DNA from: a virus
Taxonomy: Duplodnaviria > Heunggongvirae > Uroviricota > Caudoviricetes
Direction: 5' to 3' (one strand)
Length of the DNA: 52,480 nt
IMG/VR virus record: IMGVR_UViG_2740892112_000005
Shown: positions 19,974-30,322 of the stretch, piece by piece
How the letters are laid out: each line of letters begins with the position of its first letter
Position numbering within the stretch: position 1 is the stretch's first letter
Notes under the pieces: model-generated
Told to the model about the DNA's origin: nothing
The model's database searches: none
The model's input: only the letters and a program-made list of their open reading frames with translations
Position numbers and translations under genes: made by a program

Positions 19974-21995
19974 TCAGCCGCCGGACGCAGTTCCGTAGTT
20001 CACACCGGTGATCACCGCCACTGCCGCGGTACGGCGACGACGCCAGTTGATCCAGCGCTCCGCACGGATGGCCACGCTGCCGGTCTGGAACATGGAGACC
20101 AGCTCCACCGGTGACGGTGTGCTGCTGTCGCTGGTCGGTTCAGACTGCATCTCCAGTGACGCTTCACGGGACATATCCACCGCCACACCGCCGTCATCAG
20201 CCAGATAAATATCCGGCGCATTCACCAGCACCAGCTGGTCACCCACGTACTGGGAGACAATCACCGGCAGGCCCTGGAAGGTGCCGCCAAGCAGGGTCAT
20301 GTCCGGATATTCCTTCTGACCCAGCGCATTTTTACGCATGGACAGCGCCAGGGCATTTGTGCTGGACATCAGCCAGACCGCACCGGTGGGCTGCAGGTTT
20401 GCTGCCACAAACTGACCAAACGCGGCTTCCGCATCCGTATCCGGGTTACCGGTTGATGCCGTGCCCTTCACATCATGGGTGATGGACGCAGGGGAAACAT
20501 CGGCCACCGCCGCTTTTTTCGGGTCCACAAAGTCTGTGTCCAGACGCGCCACCACCGCTTCCGCCAGTGCATTACGGACCAGCGCATCGGCGGCAGGACT
20601 GGAAAAACGGATCAGCTCTTCCGTCAGTACCGCAATAGCCGCCACCTTCGCATGACTGAAGGTGATGGATTCAAAATCAAACTTCGTCAGGGGTCTGGCC
20701 TTACCCTGCCCCACCCAGCCGGCAGCACCACCGGACACCTGGGCATGCACGCGAATATTGAACGGCACCTGACGAAGTGCCGGGATCCCGCCATGACCAA
20801 ATCGCCCGATAATGGTCTGCGGACGCAGATAATCAATAAAGTCCTGCGCATATTCCTGATATTCAGACAGGCTGCCTGCCCACTGTGGGTCCGTGGTGGT
20901 CCCTGCCCCCACCGCCGACTTCAGGACATGATGCAGACGGCTGTCATCCGGATACTGACGACGGGCCACTTCCAGGGCTTCAGAGCGGACACCTTTAGCC
21001 GCGGCCAGTGATTTGGCAAAGCGGGCGAAACCAATCCCCTTCTCCAGTTTCTGCTCAACACGGATCACCGGCGCTGAAGCCACCGTGGCCACATTCCCGT
21101 TACCGGCCTGTTTCACCGGCTGTGCCGTGGCGGCCTTACTGGTTTCCAGTTCACGCAGACGCTTCAGGTGCGCATCCACCTGACGGATTTCCGCTGCGGT
21201 GTTGTCGTAGTGCTCTTCCTCTTCCACATCCAGTGTGCGGCCTTCCTCTGCGGCTTTGGTCATGACCTCCTCAAGGGAGGCTGCCAGCGCCGCACGCTTG
21301 TTTTCAAAACTTTTAATCTGTTCACCAGTATTCATTGCTGACTTTTCCTTATGAAAAGAGGTTATTGACTGTGCCGAAGCGCCGGCAGAAGATGCGATTT
21401 TCACCACCGGTTTCCGGTTGCCGGACGCGGCAGAAAACGGGCGGTCGAAAGATTTAATGGTCTGGATGGTGCATTCCGCATTCGCGGGCACGGTGACGGC
21501 AGACACCTCCATCAGCTCCCAGCGCAGAAAATGCAGTCCGCCTCCGTCCAGATAAGTGTATTCATGGGGCCGGAAGCCCACAGAAAGCCCCCTGACCAGC
21601 CCGGTCTTAATGGCAGCCCATGCCTCATCCAGCCGGGCAGCCAGTTGCGACGGCATATCCGGTACGGGCTTCACCAGTGTTGCCGTGATTTCCAGCCCTT
21701 CCCTGATCCGACGCACCGTACACTGGCCTACAGGGCGGGAATGGTCATGCTGCCAGAGAAACGGGATCGTACTGCCAAACTCCGCCCCCTCCGGCTCCAG
21801 GATGTCACCATCCCGATCCGGAGAAGGCGTTGACGCAATCCCGGTGATCACCCGTTCATCCTCACTGAAGGATTTCACCGTCAGCAGGGAACAGGCCCGT
21901 TTAAGAGTCACATCAGCCTCCTGAAAATAAAAAAAACCGCCGCAGCGGTTCATGATGGTTACAGGGTGAGCAGGGTTATATGAAAAAAACCTCAT
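19974..21995 (-). CDS. prohead protease (S78/U35-like) fused to delta/scaffold segment and HK97-fold major capsid protein
   Basis: N-terminal protease-like segment (…SPDRDGDILEPEGAEF…PFLWQHD…), coiled-coil middle, C-terminal ~400 aa capsid-like; single uninterrupted ORF of 673 aa. Confidence 0.8.
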   Translation of the reverse strand: MRFFSYNPAHPVTIMNRCGGFFYFQEADVTLKRACSLLTVKSFSEDERVITGIASTPSPDRDGDILEPEGAEFGSTIPFLWQHDHSRPVGQCTVRRIREGLEITATLVKPVPDMPSQLAARLDEAWAAIKTGLVRGLSVGFRPHEYTYLDGGGLHFLRWELMEVSAVTVPANAECTIQTIKSFDRPFSAASGNRKPVVKIASSAGASAQSITSFHKEKSAMNTGEQIKSFENKRAALAASLEEVMTKAAEEGRTLDVEEEEHYDNTAAEIRQVDAHLKRLRELETSKAATAQPVKQAGNGNVATVASAPVIRVEQKLEKGIGFARFAKSLAAAKGVRSEALEVARRQYPDDSRLHHVLKSAVGAGTTTDPQWAGSLSEYQEYAQDFIDYLRPQTIIGRFGHGGIPALRQVPFNIRVHAQVSGGAAGWVGQGKARPLTKFDFESITFSHAKVAAIAVLTEELIRFSSPAADALVRNALAEAVVARLDTDFVDPKKAAVADVSPASITHDVKGTASTGNPDTDAEAAFGQFVAANLQPTGAVWLMSSTNALALSMRKNALGQKEYPDMTLLGGTFQGLPVIVSQYVGDQLVLVNAPDIYLADDGGVAVDMSREASLEMQSEPTSDSSTPSPVELVSMFQTGSVAIRAERWINWRRRRTAAVAVITGVNYGTASGG

Positions 21996-23637
21996 ACGCT
22001 TTCTTTTTCGGTTCCGGATTCAGGGACATCAGGGACACCGCATTGAAGAGCGCCATCAGCGGGTCAATTTTTCCCCGTCCGCTGGCCTGTTTGGTAATAA
22101 GGATGGCGTTACCTTTAGGCTCCACCCGGGCATTGCCGACACACCAGGCCATCAGGGGCTGGCCACCATGCACCAGTACCCCTTCAGCCAGTTTGCGCTC
22201 GGTGGTTTTGATGGCCCCGCCCAGCTTCCAGCCCTGGCTTATCCCCACCACAATTCCGTCGGGGATCCCGGCTTCCGCCAGTGAATCCAGAATCTGCCCC
22301 ACCCCTGACGGGTCAATACCGATATGGTCCAGTAACTCAGCCTCATGAATGCGACGCACATATTCCGCCACTTCCGCCGTGTCATCCCCGACACGCCGGA
22401 CAATGGTCATATCTCCACAGGCAACAAGATCCTGAAACCGGGACGCCTCGCTCTTCCGTCGGACCACCGCGGTTTCATGCGCCCAGGCATGGCCCCAGCC
22501 CAGCCATTCGCGGGTCTCCCGGTCACGCCCAATCACATACATCCCCAGCAGATCATCCAGCCCTCCGCCGTCAATCCCCACCGTCACCACATCAGCACGA
22601 CGCAGGATATCGTCCAGGCTGATACAACGGCCCTGCTCTTCCCAGAAATCAGCCCCCGCCCAGCGGTCAGAGCGCAGGGCAAGACCAATTTCCACATTGG
22701 CGTGTTTTGACATGAACCCCCGGAATGTCTCTTCACCGGCTTCCCGGGCTTTACGGTACTCCCGGTACAGAAAGGCCTCATCCACTGAATAGCCGAGATT
22801 CGGATTGACCATGGCGAGGTTTTCCATCAGCAGGTGAGCCCCGCTTTCCACCATTTCAGGAGGGTGTTCAAATATCACCGGCAGAAAGTGCGGATCATGA
22901 ATTTTGCCGTCGCGCACATCCCGGGCGTACTGCAGTTTCTGTCTGAACACCCCGGCAGGCGGTTCATTCGACTGGGTGGTCGTATACACCACAAACCCTT
23001 CCGGGCGGGAGGCAAGGCCGCCTATGGCTTCACGTAACATGTCCTCCGCCTTGCACTGCTTGCCAAACAGCCACAACTCATCAATCAGCGTACCCACGGA
23101 CTTGATACCGGACACCGTATTCGGATCGGCAGCCACCACCTTCAGGGTGGTGTCTGTCACCCTGTGGGTGATGGTCCGGATATGGGTCTGTACCTGGCAG
23201 AGGTCATCCAGATCATCGTCACGTCGTACCATATCCCGGGCAGGGTTGAAGGCGTTGGCCGCCACCTCCACAGTCGGGGCCAGAATCGTGTAACCCGCCG
23301 CCTGCCGCCAGTTCAGTAACAGTGCAGTCATCATGATCCCCGCGGCCAGCGTGGACTTCGAGTTTTTCTTGGGGATAAGGATAAAAACTTCCTTGATATG
23401 GCGTACACCGGTCTGCGCATCGTAGGAGCCAAACAGGGCCGCCACCAGGTCAAACACCCACGGTGCACAGGACTCCCCGAACGTCGGGCTACCAGGTGCA
23501 TCCACAATCCGCAGTTGTTTAAAAATCGCCAGGGCATGTGCGGCCTCGTCCGGATAAATCGGATCCGGAATAATCGACAGCCCCTTTTTCAGGCGCTCTG
23601 CCCAGTCCGGGCAGGCTGTGCTCCATACAGGTATCAT
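21976..23637 (-). CDS. terminase large subunit
   Basis: 553 aa; deviant Walker A (LIPKKNSKSTL) near N-terminus; upstream TerS and HNH genes. Confidence 0.85.
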   Translation of the reverse strand: MIPVWSTACPDWAERLKKGLSIIPDPIYPDEAAHALAIFKQLRIVDAPGSPTFGESCAPWVFDLVAALFGSYDAQTGVRHIKEVFILIPKKNSKSTLAAGIMMTALLLNWRQAAGYTILAPTVEVAANAFNPARDMVRRDDDLDDLCQVQTHIRTITHRVTDTTLKVVAADPNTVSGIKSVGTLIDELWLFGKQCKAEDMLREAIGGLASRPEGFVVYTTTQSNEPPAGVFRQKLQYARDVRDGKIHDPHFLPVIFEHPPEMVESGAHLLMENLAMVNPNLGYSVDEAFLYREYRKAREAGEETFRGFMSKHANVEIGLALRSDRWAGADFWEEQGRCISLDDILRRADVVTVGIDGGGLDDLLGMYVIGRDRETREWLGWGHAWAHETAVVRRKSEASRFQDLVACGDMTIVRRVGDDTAEVAEYVRRIHEAELLDHIGIDPSGVGQILDSLAEAGIPDGIVVGISQGWKLGGAIKTTERKLAEGVLVHGGQPLMAWCVGNARVEPKGNAILITKQASGRGKIDPLMALFNAVSLMSLNPEPKKKAYEVFFI

Positions 23638-24272
23638 CCGTTGCCCTCATTATCGTTATTCACCACCAGTCGGGGTGGCGGTGGCACCGCAAAACGGTTA
23701 GCCGCTTTTTTCGCGGCATCACCTTTTGCCGATTTTTTCCCGGTATCCCCTTTTTTATGGTGCGTGAACTGCGCCAGACGCCAGGCCGCATCCAGTGCCA
23801 GTTTCGGATCAATGCAGAGGTTTTCCACCAGGATCCGCCCCATGGCTTTCACCGGATCGGGAAGACCATCCTCCATATATTCAATACCAGGAGACATCAC
23901 CGCGGATGGTGGCATCTCCGGATTATTTTCGTCCGGCTGAGGTATTGCAGCCGCCTCACGGCGACGGGGTTTATCCTCCTGCTCTGATTTTTTCTGCCGG
24001 TAAACAGGAACCTCATCCACCTCCACCGTCTCGCATTGTTTACGGGCTATAAACGCAAGCACCTCCGGATCTTTTGCCAGCTGCGAGCCTTTAACCCTGG
24101 CGGTCTTCGCCGAATAACCGGCGGCAATGGCTGACGCTGTTTTGTTTTTCCCGGACATGAGCGCCAGCGCAAATTTTCGTTTTTGCGTTGTCAGCACAGC
24201 CTCCTCCCGGGTCCAGAACGCACTCAGCCGGGTATGGTTCAGCCCATTTTTCCCCGGCGTCTCATGCCGCAA
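23634..24272 (-). CDS. terminase small subunit
   Basis: 212 aa, N-terminal HTH-like segment, overlaps TerL start; ORF begins at a TTG codon in the supplied track, so true start uncertain. Confidence 0.65.
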   Translation of the reverse strand: MRHETPGKNGLNHTRLSAFWTREEAVLTTQKRKFALALMSGKNKTASAIAAGYSAKTARVKGSQLAKDPEVLAFIARKQCETVEVDEVPVYRQKKSEQEDKPRRREAAAIPQPDENNPEMPPSAVMSPGIEYMEDGLPDPVKAMGRILVENLCIDPKLALDAAWRLAQFTHHKKGDTGKKSAKGDAAKKAANRFAVPPPPRLVVNNDNEGNG

Positions 24273-24274
24273 AT

Positions 24275-24394
24275 GTTAACTGCTGCCTGGTTAACATTTG
24301 CTGAAAAAGCCTGTTAACATTTTTTCCGCACAACAAACTGAATAATAAAGATAAAAACCGCAAAAATGCCCGGGCAGCCAGTTAACATGTTAAC
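24275..24394. repeat. cluster of five GTTAAC(A) motifs including a perfect palindrome; candidate cos/pac terminase recognition region
   Basis: GTTAAC at 24275, 24290, 24313, 24381, 24389; located between HNH gene and terS. Confidence 0.4.
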
Positions 24395-24488
24395 TGCCCT
24401 GAAACGGGAATTTTTTCTCTGCGTGAGAGGGGGCGCGGTGTCCAAAGCGATCGTTTTTTACGCCGGATGATACCCCCCCCGGGTCGGG

Positions 24489-24854
24489 TTACAGTCCGAT
24501 GATGTCGTCCGCTCTGTCACTACCTCCGGACACCTCCGGCAGCGTCGGGTCCGGCATACCACCCGCCGCTTCACGAGCAGACTTTTGTCGATGGCATTCG
24601 GTACAGAGCGTCCAGAGATTCGTCTCCTCATTACCACCACCGAACTGAAGTGCAATTCGGTGATCGAGTTCACTGTCACAGAGGTCAACCACACGACCAC
24701 AGATACAGCACTGCCCGGCGTCCCTCAGCCAGATATGACGCTTGAGGGAAACACGTGCACTGCCACTGACACGACGCTGTTCCCCCTTCAGAATATTCAC
24801 CCGTCGGGTATTCAGTGTTTTGATTCTGCTCTGGAGTGTACGAAGCTCAGCCAT
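24489..24854 (-). CDS. HNH endonuclease (packaging-associated)
   Basis: 121 aa with CxxC...H...CxxCH HNH motif (CCICGRV...DHRIALQFGG...CTECH). Confidence 0.85.
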   Translation of the reverse strand: MAELRTLQSRIKTLNTRRVNILKGEQRRVSGSARVSLKRHIWLRDAGQCCICGRVVDLCDSELDHRIALQFGGGNEETNLWTLCTECHRQKSAREAAGGMPDPTLPEVSGGSDRADDIIGL

Positions 24855-24895
24855 GTAAAATCCCCGTCATATGGCAATCAGTAAAGGAAATAAAT

Positions 24896-25096
24896 ATGTC
24901 ATCGAAAAACCGGACCCGCAGAACCACAACCCGCAATATCCGTTTCCCCAATCACATAATTGAACAAATCAACATAGCCCTTGAGCATAAAGGGTCCGGT
25001 AACTTTTCAGCGTGGGTTATTGAAGCCTGCAGGAGAAGGCTGGCAACAGATGCAACGCATCTGCGCCCGACCAGCATGACAAATAACGAGAAATGA
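24896..25096 (+). CDS. YnfO/YlcI-like small DNA-binding protein (ribbon-helix-helix-like)
   Basis: Start at internal ATG with AAAGGAAA RBS; motif RFPNHIIEQINIALEHKGSGNFSAWVIEACRRRL. Confidence 0.5.
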   Translation: MSSKNRTRRTTTRNIRFPNHIIEQINIALEHKGSGNFSAWVIEACRRRLATDATHLRPTSMTNNEK

Positions 25097-25294
25097 ACGT
25101 TCGGTTTCTTCCACCATCGCACCGGACAGGCGACTATGAGGGGACAACGCCGCGCTCCGTTAACGCGGTAAACCCCGGTGTGTATCGTTTTTGATTATCC
25201 CCGCACACTCGCGCAGAGGAGTCTCCCTGTCGGGCTGCGGTCTCTGTTAATGCAGGAATACGGCGACAATACCGCGCATGGATAATAAGGTCGC

Positions 25295-25519
25295 TCAACA
25301 CACTGGCTGTAATGCAGCGGATACCATGCGGCATTTAGCGGCATTCATCGTACACTCCACGGTTAGCTCTTCATTCGTGGCATTCACCTGAAAGGTCCGG
25401 GAGTGTAATTGCGTACATTTACCACTGAACGAACCTTCAACAAGAACACGACCACGCTGCAAAATACGGAACGGAATTGTTCCCTGAAAAGGTTCTACGG
25501 TTACCCGTAATTTCTTCAT
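25295..25519 (-). CDS. hypothetical protein downstream of Rz
   Basis: 74-aa ORF overlapping Rz stop; no motif recognised. Confidence 0.3.
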   Translation of the reverse strand: MKKLRVTVEPFQGTIPFRILQRGRVLVEGSFSGKCTQLHSRTFQVNATNEELTVECTMNAAKCRMVSAALQPVC

Positions 25520-26010
25520 GTATCCTCCGGATAATAAAAAGCCAGCTTAGTGCACTGAGTGCGGATATATTCCTGCGCCCCTTCCAGCTGCTTCTGCATT
25601 GTCATCAGCCGTTCTCTGAGGATGAAATAATCCCGTTCAGCGGTGTCTGCCAGTTGGGGGCCGGTTGCATTATCCACGCGGGCGGTGCCGGTGGCTTCAC
25701 GCACGGGACCTGGACAGGTGGCGTTGATACGCAGGCGCTTACGACCAGCGGCAACGTCAGCGCGAAGAGTTTCATTTTCAGCTCTCGCATCGGCTAATTC
25801 CCTCGAGTATTTTGCATCGAGCGCAGCAACATCACGCTGACGCATCTGCATGTCAGTAATTGCCGCGTTCGCCAGCTTCAGTTCTCTGACATTTTTGTCG
25901 CGCTGGGCTTTGTAGGTTATGGCGTTATCACGGTAATGATTCAGCCCCAGACTAAGCGCACCACAGGCCACCAGCAGGGCAATGATGACCACGCACAGTA
26001 CGCGGTTCAT
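25516..26010 (-). CDS. Rz: i-spanin Rz
   Basis: N-terminal TM then ...[17 protein letters not shown]...[26 protein letters not shown]..., very close to lambda Rz. Confidence 0.9.
   Translation of the reverse strand: MNRVLCVVIIALLVACGALSLGLNHYRDNAITYKAQRDKNVRELKLANAAITDMQMRQRDVAALDAKYSRELADARAENETLRADVAAGRKRLRINATCPGPVREATGTARVDNATGPQLADTAERDYFILRERLMTMQKQLEGAQEYIRTQCTKLAFYYPEDT
25605..25790 (-). CDS. Rz1: o-spanin Rz1 lipoprotein embedded in Rz in +1 frame
   Basis: Lipobox ...LPLVVSAC, proline-rich [27 protein letters not shown] like lambda Rz1. Confidence 0.75.
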   Translation of the reverse strand: MRELKMKLFALTLPLVVSACVSTPPVQVPCVKPPAPPAWIMQPAPNWQTPLNGIISSSENG

Positions 26011-26308
26011 TTCACCACCAGCGTATCTGACCGATGAAATAACCGGAGGCCATAATCACAAACACCAGCCAGATAAGAATGAACTTCCAGGTGGATAATT
26101 TTTCAGCCATCACTCGAATCTCCCGAATCAGTTTGCTAAAATCAAACACACTTTCTCCTTTGACTTTTCCAGAGTCAGGAAACACAAAACCCCGCTTGCA
26201 GCCAACAAACGGGGTTTTTACTTTTATTCACTTAGTTTTTGTCAGTTCGCAGGATTTCGTGTTATCCGTCCGTGTGAGCAAACCGCATTTTTCAGCAAAA
26301 TATTCTGC

Positions 26309-26842
26309 TTATCTGTCAATTCCCCAGCACGCCAGCGCACTCTCCTGGTCGCGACGGGATACCTGACCGTAACAGTTGTTTGAACGAATACGGCAGTCTC
26401 TGCCACCGTCCTTAATCCACCAGCGAATCGCTTCGCAGGCACCTTTTCGATCACCTGCATTAATTCGTCTGTAAAACGTCGACGGGAAACACTTACCGGG
26501 ACCAATGTTGTACGGACAGAATGACGCGATCCCCGCTTTCTGGGGTTCGGTCAGTGGCACTCTGATGTTTTTCTCCACCCATGCCAGCGCCTTATCACGC
26601 TCAATGGCGTTAACCCGGTCGCATTTTGCCTTCGACAACTTCATGCCTGGAACAACAGGTTTACCATCCACCATGATGGCACCACGGCAGATGGTCCAGA
26701 TCCCCGCACCATCACGGTATGCCGTGGTGTGGTTACCTTCCTTTTCATCCAGAAACTGGTCGAGAATGTCAGGCGCAGGCGCACCAGCGGCAATCAGCGC
26801 CAGAACGGCAGCCGACAGGCCGTATCTGATTTTTGCGTTCAT
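26309..26842 (-). CDS. R: SAR endolysin (phage lysozyme, GH24-type)
   Basis: N-terminal weakly hydrophobic Gly/Ala-rich signal-anchor, E...D...T catalytic spacing (DEKEGNHTTAYRDGAGIWTICRG). Confidence 0.85.
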   Translation of the reverse strand: MNAKIRYGLSAAVLALIAAGAPAPDILDQFLDEKEGNHTTAYRDGAGIWTICRGAIMVDGKPVVPGMKLSKAKCDRVNAIERDKALAWVEKNIRVPLTEPQKAGIASFCPYNIGPGKCFPSTFYRRINAGDRKGACEAIRWWIKDGGRDCRIRSNNCYGQVSRRDQESALACWGIDR

Positions 26843-26905
26843 GGATATTTATCAGGATTTATCGGTTTCTGCCCACGGACAGGTTTATCTGTTCCGGTCA
26901 GTGAA

Positions 26906-27256
26906 TTAAGGTTGTGATTCCGGTGGAGTCTTCAGAGAACCAGTAATTCTTCCCGGTAGATTTCCTTTGTAGGTTATCCATACATTCTGCGCCTCTAAAA
27001 TCACGGGGCGCTTTTCCGGCAACGGTTCGTTCCCTTCACATAACCCGGCAGCAACATCCATGAAAAACTGCTTCGCCTGCTTTTTCGCCTCAGCTTCGTA
27101 AAACTCCAGCGTGGCACCTTCAGTACGGTCAAGACTAATAGCCACATCTGGCAACAACAGTGACGGATACCCACCAACTTCCAGTGCCACAGTAACAGTA
27201 ATCTTATCCGGGTAATTATTTATCCCTTTAACAACCAGTTCGTATTTTTTCTTCAT
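26906..27256 (-). CDS. hypothetical protein inserted between holin and endolysin
   Basis: 116 aa, soluble, no motif; 4-nt gap from pinholin stop. Confidence 0.45.
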   Translation of the reverse strand: MKKKYELVVKGINNYPDKITVTVALEVGGYPSLLLPDVAISLDRTEGATLEFYEAEAKKQAKQFFMDVAAGLCEGNEPLPEKRPVILEAQNVWITYKGNLPGRITGSLKTPPESQP

Positions 27257-27260
27257 CGCT

Positions 27261-27476
27261 TTACTCTCCCCGCGCCGCCTTACGCCGGTCCTCTCTGATT
27301 TTGAAATACAGGTTAGTCAGATATGTCAGCAGCCCAAACAGCAGACTCCCCAGCACGCCTATTGCCGCCCACTGAGACGGGGAAACCCTGTCCAGCAACT
27401 GCAGGAACCAGTAGCCCGTTCCCACCGCTGACGTGGTGTATGACACACCTGTTGTGATTTTTTCCATCTGGTACAT
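27261..27476 (-). CDS. S: class II pinholin (phage 21 S-like)
   Basis: 71 aa from internal start MYQMEK (dual-start motif); ...[51 protein letters not shown] nearly identical to S21. Confidence 0.85.
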   Translation of the reverse strand: MYQMEKITTGVSYTTSAVGTGYWFLQLLDRVSPSQWAAIGVLGSLLFGLLTYLTNLYFKIREDRRKAARGE

Positions 27477-27552
27477 ACCCCGTCTCCCGTTATCCGGAAG
27501 CTCACAACAATATAAAGACCACCGGCACACACCGATGGTCCCTTGCGCAGGC

Positions 27553-27798
27553 TTACATCATCATGTCGCTGTCAGGTGTGGGTTCACCGCCATCTGAAGC
27601 ACTCCCGTCACCCGCGATACCTTCCGGCTCCGGAACCGCTGGTACGCCCAGCAGCTCATCCAGAATGGCATCCACTTCTGCATCAAGACGCGCCTCAAGG
27701 TTCTGGCGGAGTTTCTGTTTCAGTGCACTCCGGACTTCTTCAGAGCGCAGGACTTCCTTCACTGCCTCAGCAGTGACCAGGGATGTGATTTCTGACAT
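27553..27798 (-). CDS. small acidic hypothetical protein upstream of lysis cassette
   Basis: 81 aa from internal Met MSEITSL... Confidence 0.35.
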   Translation of the reverse strand: MSEITSLVTAEAVKEVLRSEEVRSALKQKLRQNLEARLDAEVDAILDELLGVPAVPEPEGIAGDGSASDGGEPTPDSDMMM

Positions 27799-27835
27799 GG
27801 GATTTTCTCGTTGAAAGGTGTTGTCAAGAAAGTGA

Positions 27836-28018
27836 CTACGGAATGAGCGGATCTTCGGGTTTGCTTCCGGCTGACTGACTGGCGCTGATTCTCTCAGCGG
27901 CCCTTTTATCAATCTGCCTGCGCCAGAAATCGCGCACTGCCCTGTACCCACCCGAAAGAAGATACATAACACAGACTGCCGTACAGAAGTACAGCATCAC
28001 CTGATGAATAAATGTCAT
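27836..28018 (-). CDS. small membrane protein (one TM, basic C-terminus)
   Basis: 60-aa ORF with hydrophobic N-terminal segment. Confidence 0.3.
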   Translation of the reverse strand: MTFIHQVMLYFCTAVCVMYLLSGGYRAVRDFWRRQIDKRAAERISASQSAGSKPEDPLIP

Positions 28019-28153
28019 AATTTCTTACCGTTATGGTTGACAATGAGAACTGTTTTCATTTAAAAAACCGATATACGAAAGCATCTTTTCTTTACATTCT
28101 CCATTGGAATTACCTCCGCCAGCGTCCATTCCTGCCGCTGGCGGCTTTTTTTA

Positions 28154-30115
28154 TCATGCCGCGATGTCCGCGTTGTTCACTTCCACCTTCACACTGTCAA
28201 TCAGCAGCGTATATGTCGCCGCCTTTGATATGCCTGTCAGTTGCAGTTTGTCCGCCGCCCCTGATGCCGGAGATTTCACCAGTGTGAACGGCGTCCCCCG
28301 TTTCTCATCCAGTACCGGCGTCACCTGAATGCTGTTGTTTCCGGCAAACTCAAAAGCCAGTGTGTGCCATCCGTTATCAAAGACCCCGAACGTATCCAGC
28401 TTCGCATTCGGCTTCTTGTGGTGCATCGCGTTCAGGTTCGTCGCATCCGTCTGCAGGAAGAAGGACATCAGCATGTCGTTGCCTTCCTCTGCCAGCGTCA
28501 CTCCCTCCGGCAGGGACGACAACTGCCAGTAAATGCCCAGGGCAAACTGATTCGGCACCAGTGAACCCGGCAACTTAAACCGTACGCTCACACGTCCCCC
28601 CTTCTTCAGTAACTCCACTCCCTGTCCGGCTGCATCATGCTCCAGAAACCAGATGTGGTTTTCCGGTTTATTCAGTTGCAGGGCCTTACCTCCCGTAGCC
28701 CCCGCATCACTGACCACCGCTTCAGCAATGTTTTTGTTAACATTGTCTCCGCTCGCCGGTTTGTGATAATAGCGCCAGCCCTGTGATGCCAGGTCTTCGC
28801 CGGACGCCAGCAGACTCATCAGGGTTCGGTTACTGACCGGGGCTTCCGGCTCTCTCTCCGTACCTTCACCGGAAGGTCCGGTGGGCTTCACCGTATCAGG
28901 CTGTTTTCCGGTAATGAATTCAGCGTTTCTCCCGGCATGCACAAGAATCGCCGTTGCCAGACGGTCGGAAATAATCCCACGACGTGCCCATGATCCAAAA
29001 TGCGTTTTACGGTCAGCCGTCGTCCAGGTTTTGGCGTCCGTTCGACCACCGGCTCCGTAATACCCAATATCCGCAACATCCGGATCTTCTGACGGCTCGT
29101 TGGTACCCACATTTCGCCCGTTTTCATCCGTCATAAACGGCACAAAGAAGATTTTTTTTGCGGATTTCGTCTTGTATGCACCATACACCGCATCGTATTG
29201 CGAAGAATAAGTCTGCTTCCAGTAGTAGGTCGTGTCGCCACAAATCCAGGGAACCGATGACGGAGAGCCCCCGAGACACTGACCTCCGAATTCCGACAGG
29301 TCAGAACGATATTTTTCCACCATGGAATCAAACAGCCCCGGCTGAGTGGCGTATGCACCCTGTTTCAAATCAAACTCGCCCTGCATCCAGACCACTGCAA
29401 GCAGAATATTTTTAGGGTTGGCCTTCAGTGCGGCCTGAGTACGGGTAAGCAGGTCCTTGTACAGTGGCTTATCAACACCCCAGCGTGCCGAGGTCTCGCT
29501 TGCGCCGGTGGATTCGCTGAAGGTACCTTCATCGCCCGCCAAAAATGCAGAACCACCACGGCAGCACGGAACCAGAAGAATACCGGCATTCGCCGGAATA
29601 AACGGCAACAATTTCTTCGCGATATGTAATCCCTGCCCCACGCATCCATACTGAGCTGCGCTGGCTTTCGGGTGTGAAAACTTACTCAAATCCTGAACAT
29701 CATGCAGGCAGTGGTCCGCAGGAATAATGTCATTGTAGTTACAGGACGCACCACCCGGCGTGACAGTGCTGCGACGCGCCAGCTGTTTAATACGCGGGTC
29801 CGGACGGTCATATGTCTCCGGCAGCGGAAGCCCTTCACCATACGCCATACCGTTTGACTGCCCGGCCAGGGCAACAACAAAGTAATACTCCGGGTTGCTG
29901 GTGGTGCTGATAACTGCGCCTTCTCCATCCGACGGCTTCACCACCACAGGTGTGGTGACATCACCTTCCGCCGCAATGGCCTGCATCAGGGTATAAGGCG
30001 TGATGGCCACCGGACTGCCAAATGGCTGCCACCCCTCCTTCAGTTTTTGTGTCAGTCGTTTCGCAAGGTCTGACGGCGATGCCGCCCTGACAACATCATA
30101 GTGTTTAAATGCCAT
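28154..30115 (-). CDS. nanS-p: prophage-encoded sialate O-acetylesterase-like protein (nanS-p / YjhS-like, as found downstream of stx in Stx phages)
   Basis: 653 aa; SGNH-like esterase N-terminal segment (…VALAGQSNGMAYGE…); position between tRNA/stx slot and lysis genes. Confidence 0.75.
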   Translation of the reverse strand: MAFKHYDVVRAASPSDLAKRLTQKLKEGWQPFGSPVAITPYTLMQAIAAEGDVTTPVVVKPSDGEGAVISTTSNPEYYFVVALAGQSNGMAYGEGLPLPETYDRPDPRIKQLARRSTVTPGGASCNYNDIIPADHCLHDVQDLSKFSHPKASAAQYGCVGQGLHIAKKLLPFIPANAGILLVPCCRGGSAFLAGDEGTFSESTGASETSARWGVDKPLYKDLLTRTQAALKANPKNILLAVVWMQGEFDLKQGAYATQPGLFDSMVEKYRSDLSEFGGQCLGGSPSSVPWICGDTTYYWKQTYSSQYDAVYGAYKTKSAKKIFFVPFMTDENGRNVGTNEPSEDPDVADIGYYGAGGRTDAKTWTTADRKTHFGSWARRGIISDRLATAILVHAGRNAEFITGKQPDTVKPTGPSGEGTEREPEAPVSNRTLMSLLASGEDLASQGWRYYHKPASGDNVNKNIAEAVVSDAGATGGKALQLNKPENHIWFLEHDAAGQGVELLKKGGRVSVRFKLPGSLVPNQFALGIYWQLSSLPEGVTLAEEGNDMLMSFFLQTDATNLNAMHHKKPNAKLDTFGVFDNGWHTLAFEFAGNNSIQVTPVLDEKRGTPFTLVKSPASGAADKLQLTGISKAATYTLLIDSVKVEVNNADIAA

Positions 30116-30297
30116 GAATCCTCCCGGCCGGGATAATATTGTGAGTAAAATAAGGAGCGGGCTGAAGTCCGGAAGTTACAGGACAATGGCAGAAGAGAGA
30201 CGACAGCCCGCAATTCGAAAAAGACCGCGCAGTTGCGCAGCCTTATGAATTCTGGTTAAAATCCATTCGATTATAAAAATGTATATCTCATGCTGTT

Positions 30298-30322
30298 GCC
30301 CGAACCCACTCGGGCTTTTTTT
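30298..30322 (+). terminator. intrinsic terminator on + strand
   Basis: GCCCGAACCCACTCGGGC hairpin followed by TTTTTTT. Confidence 0.4.

Noticed and set aside
20008-21924. Several + strand ORFs inside the protease-capsid gene
   Set aside because: Antisense artefacts in GC-rich coding DNA
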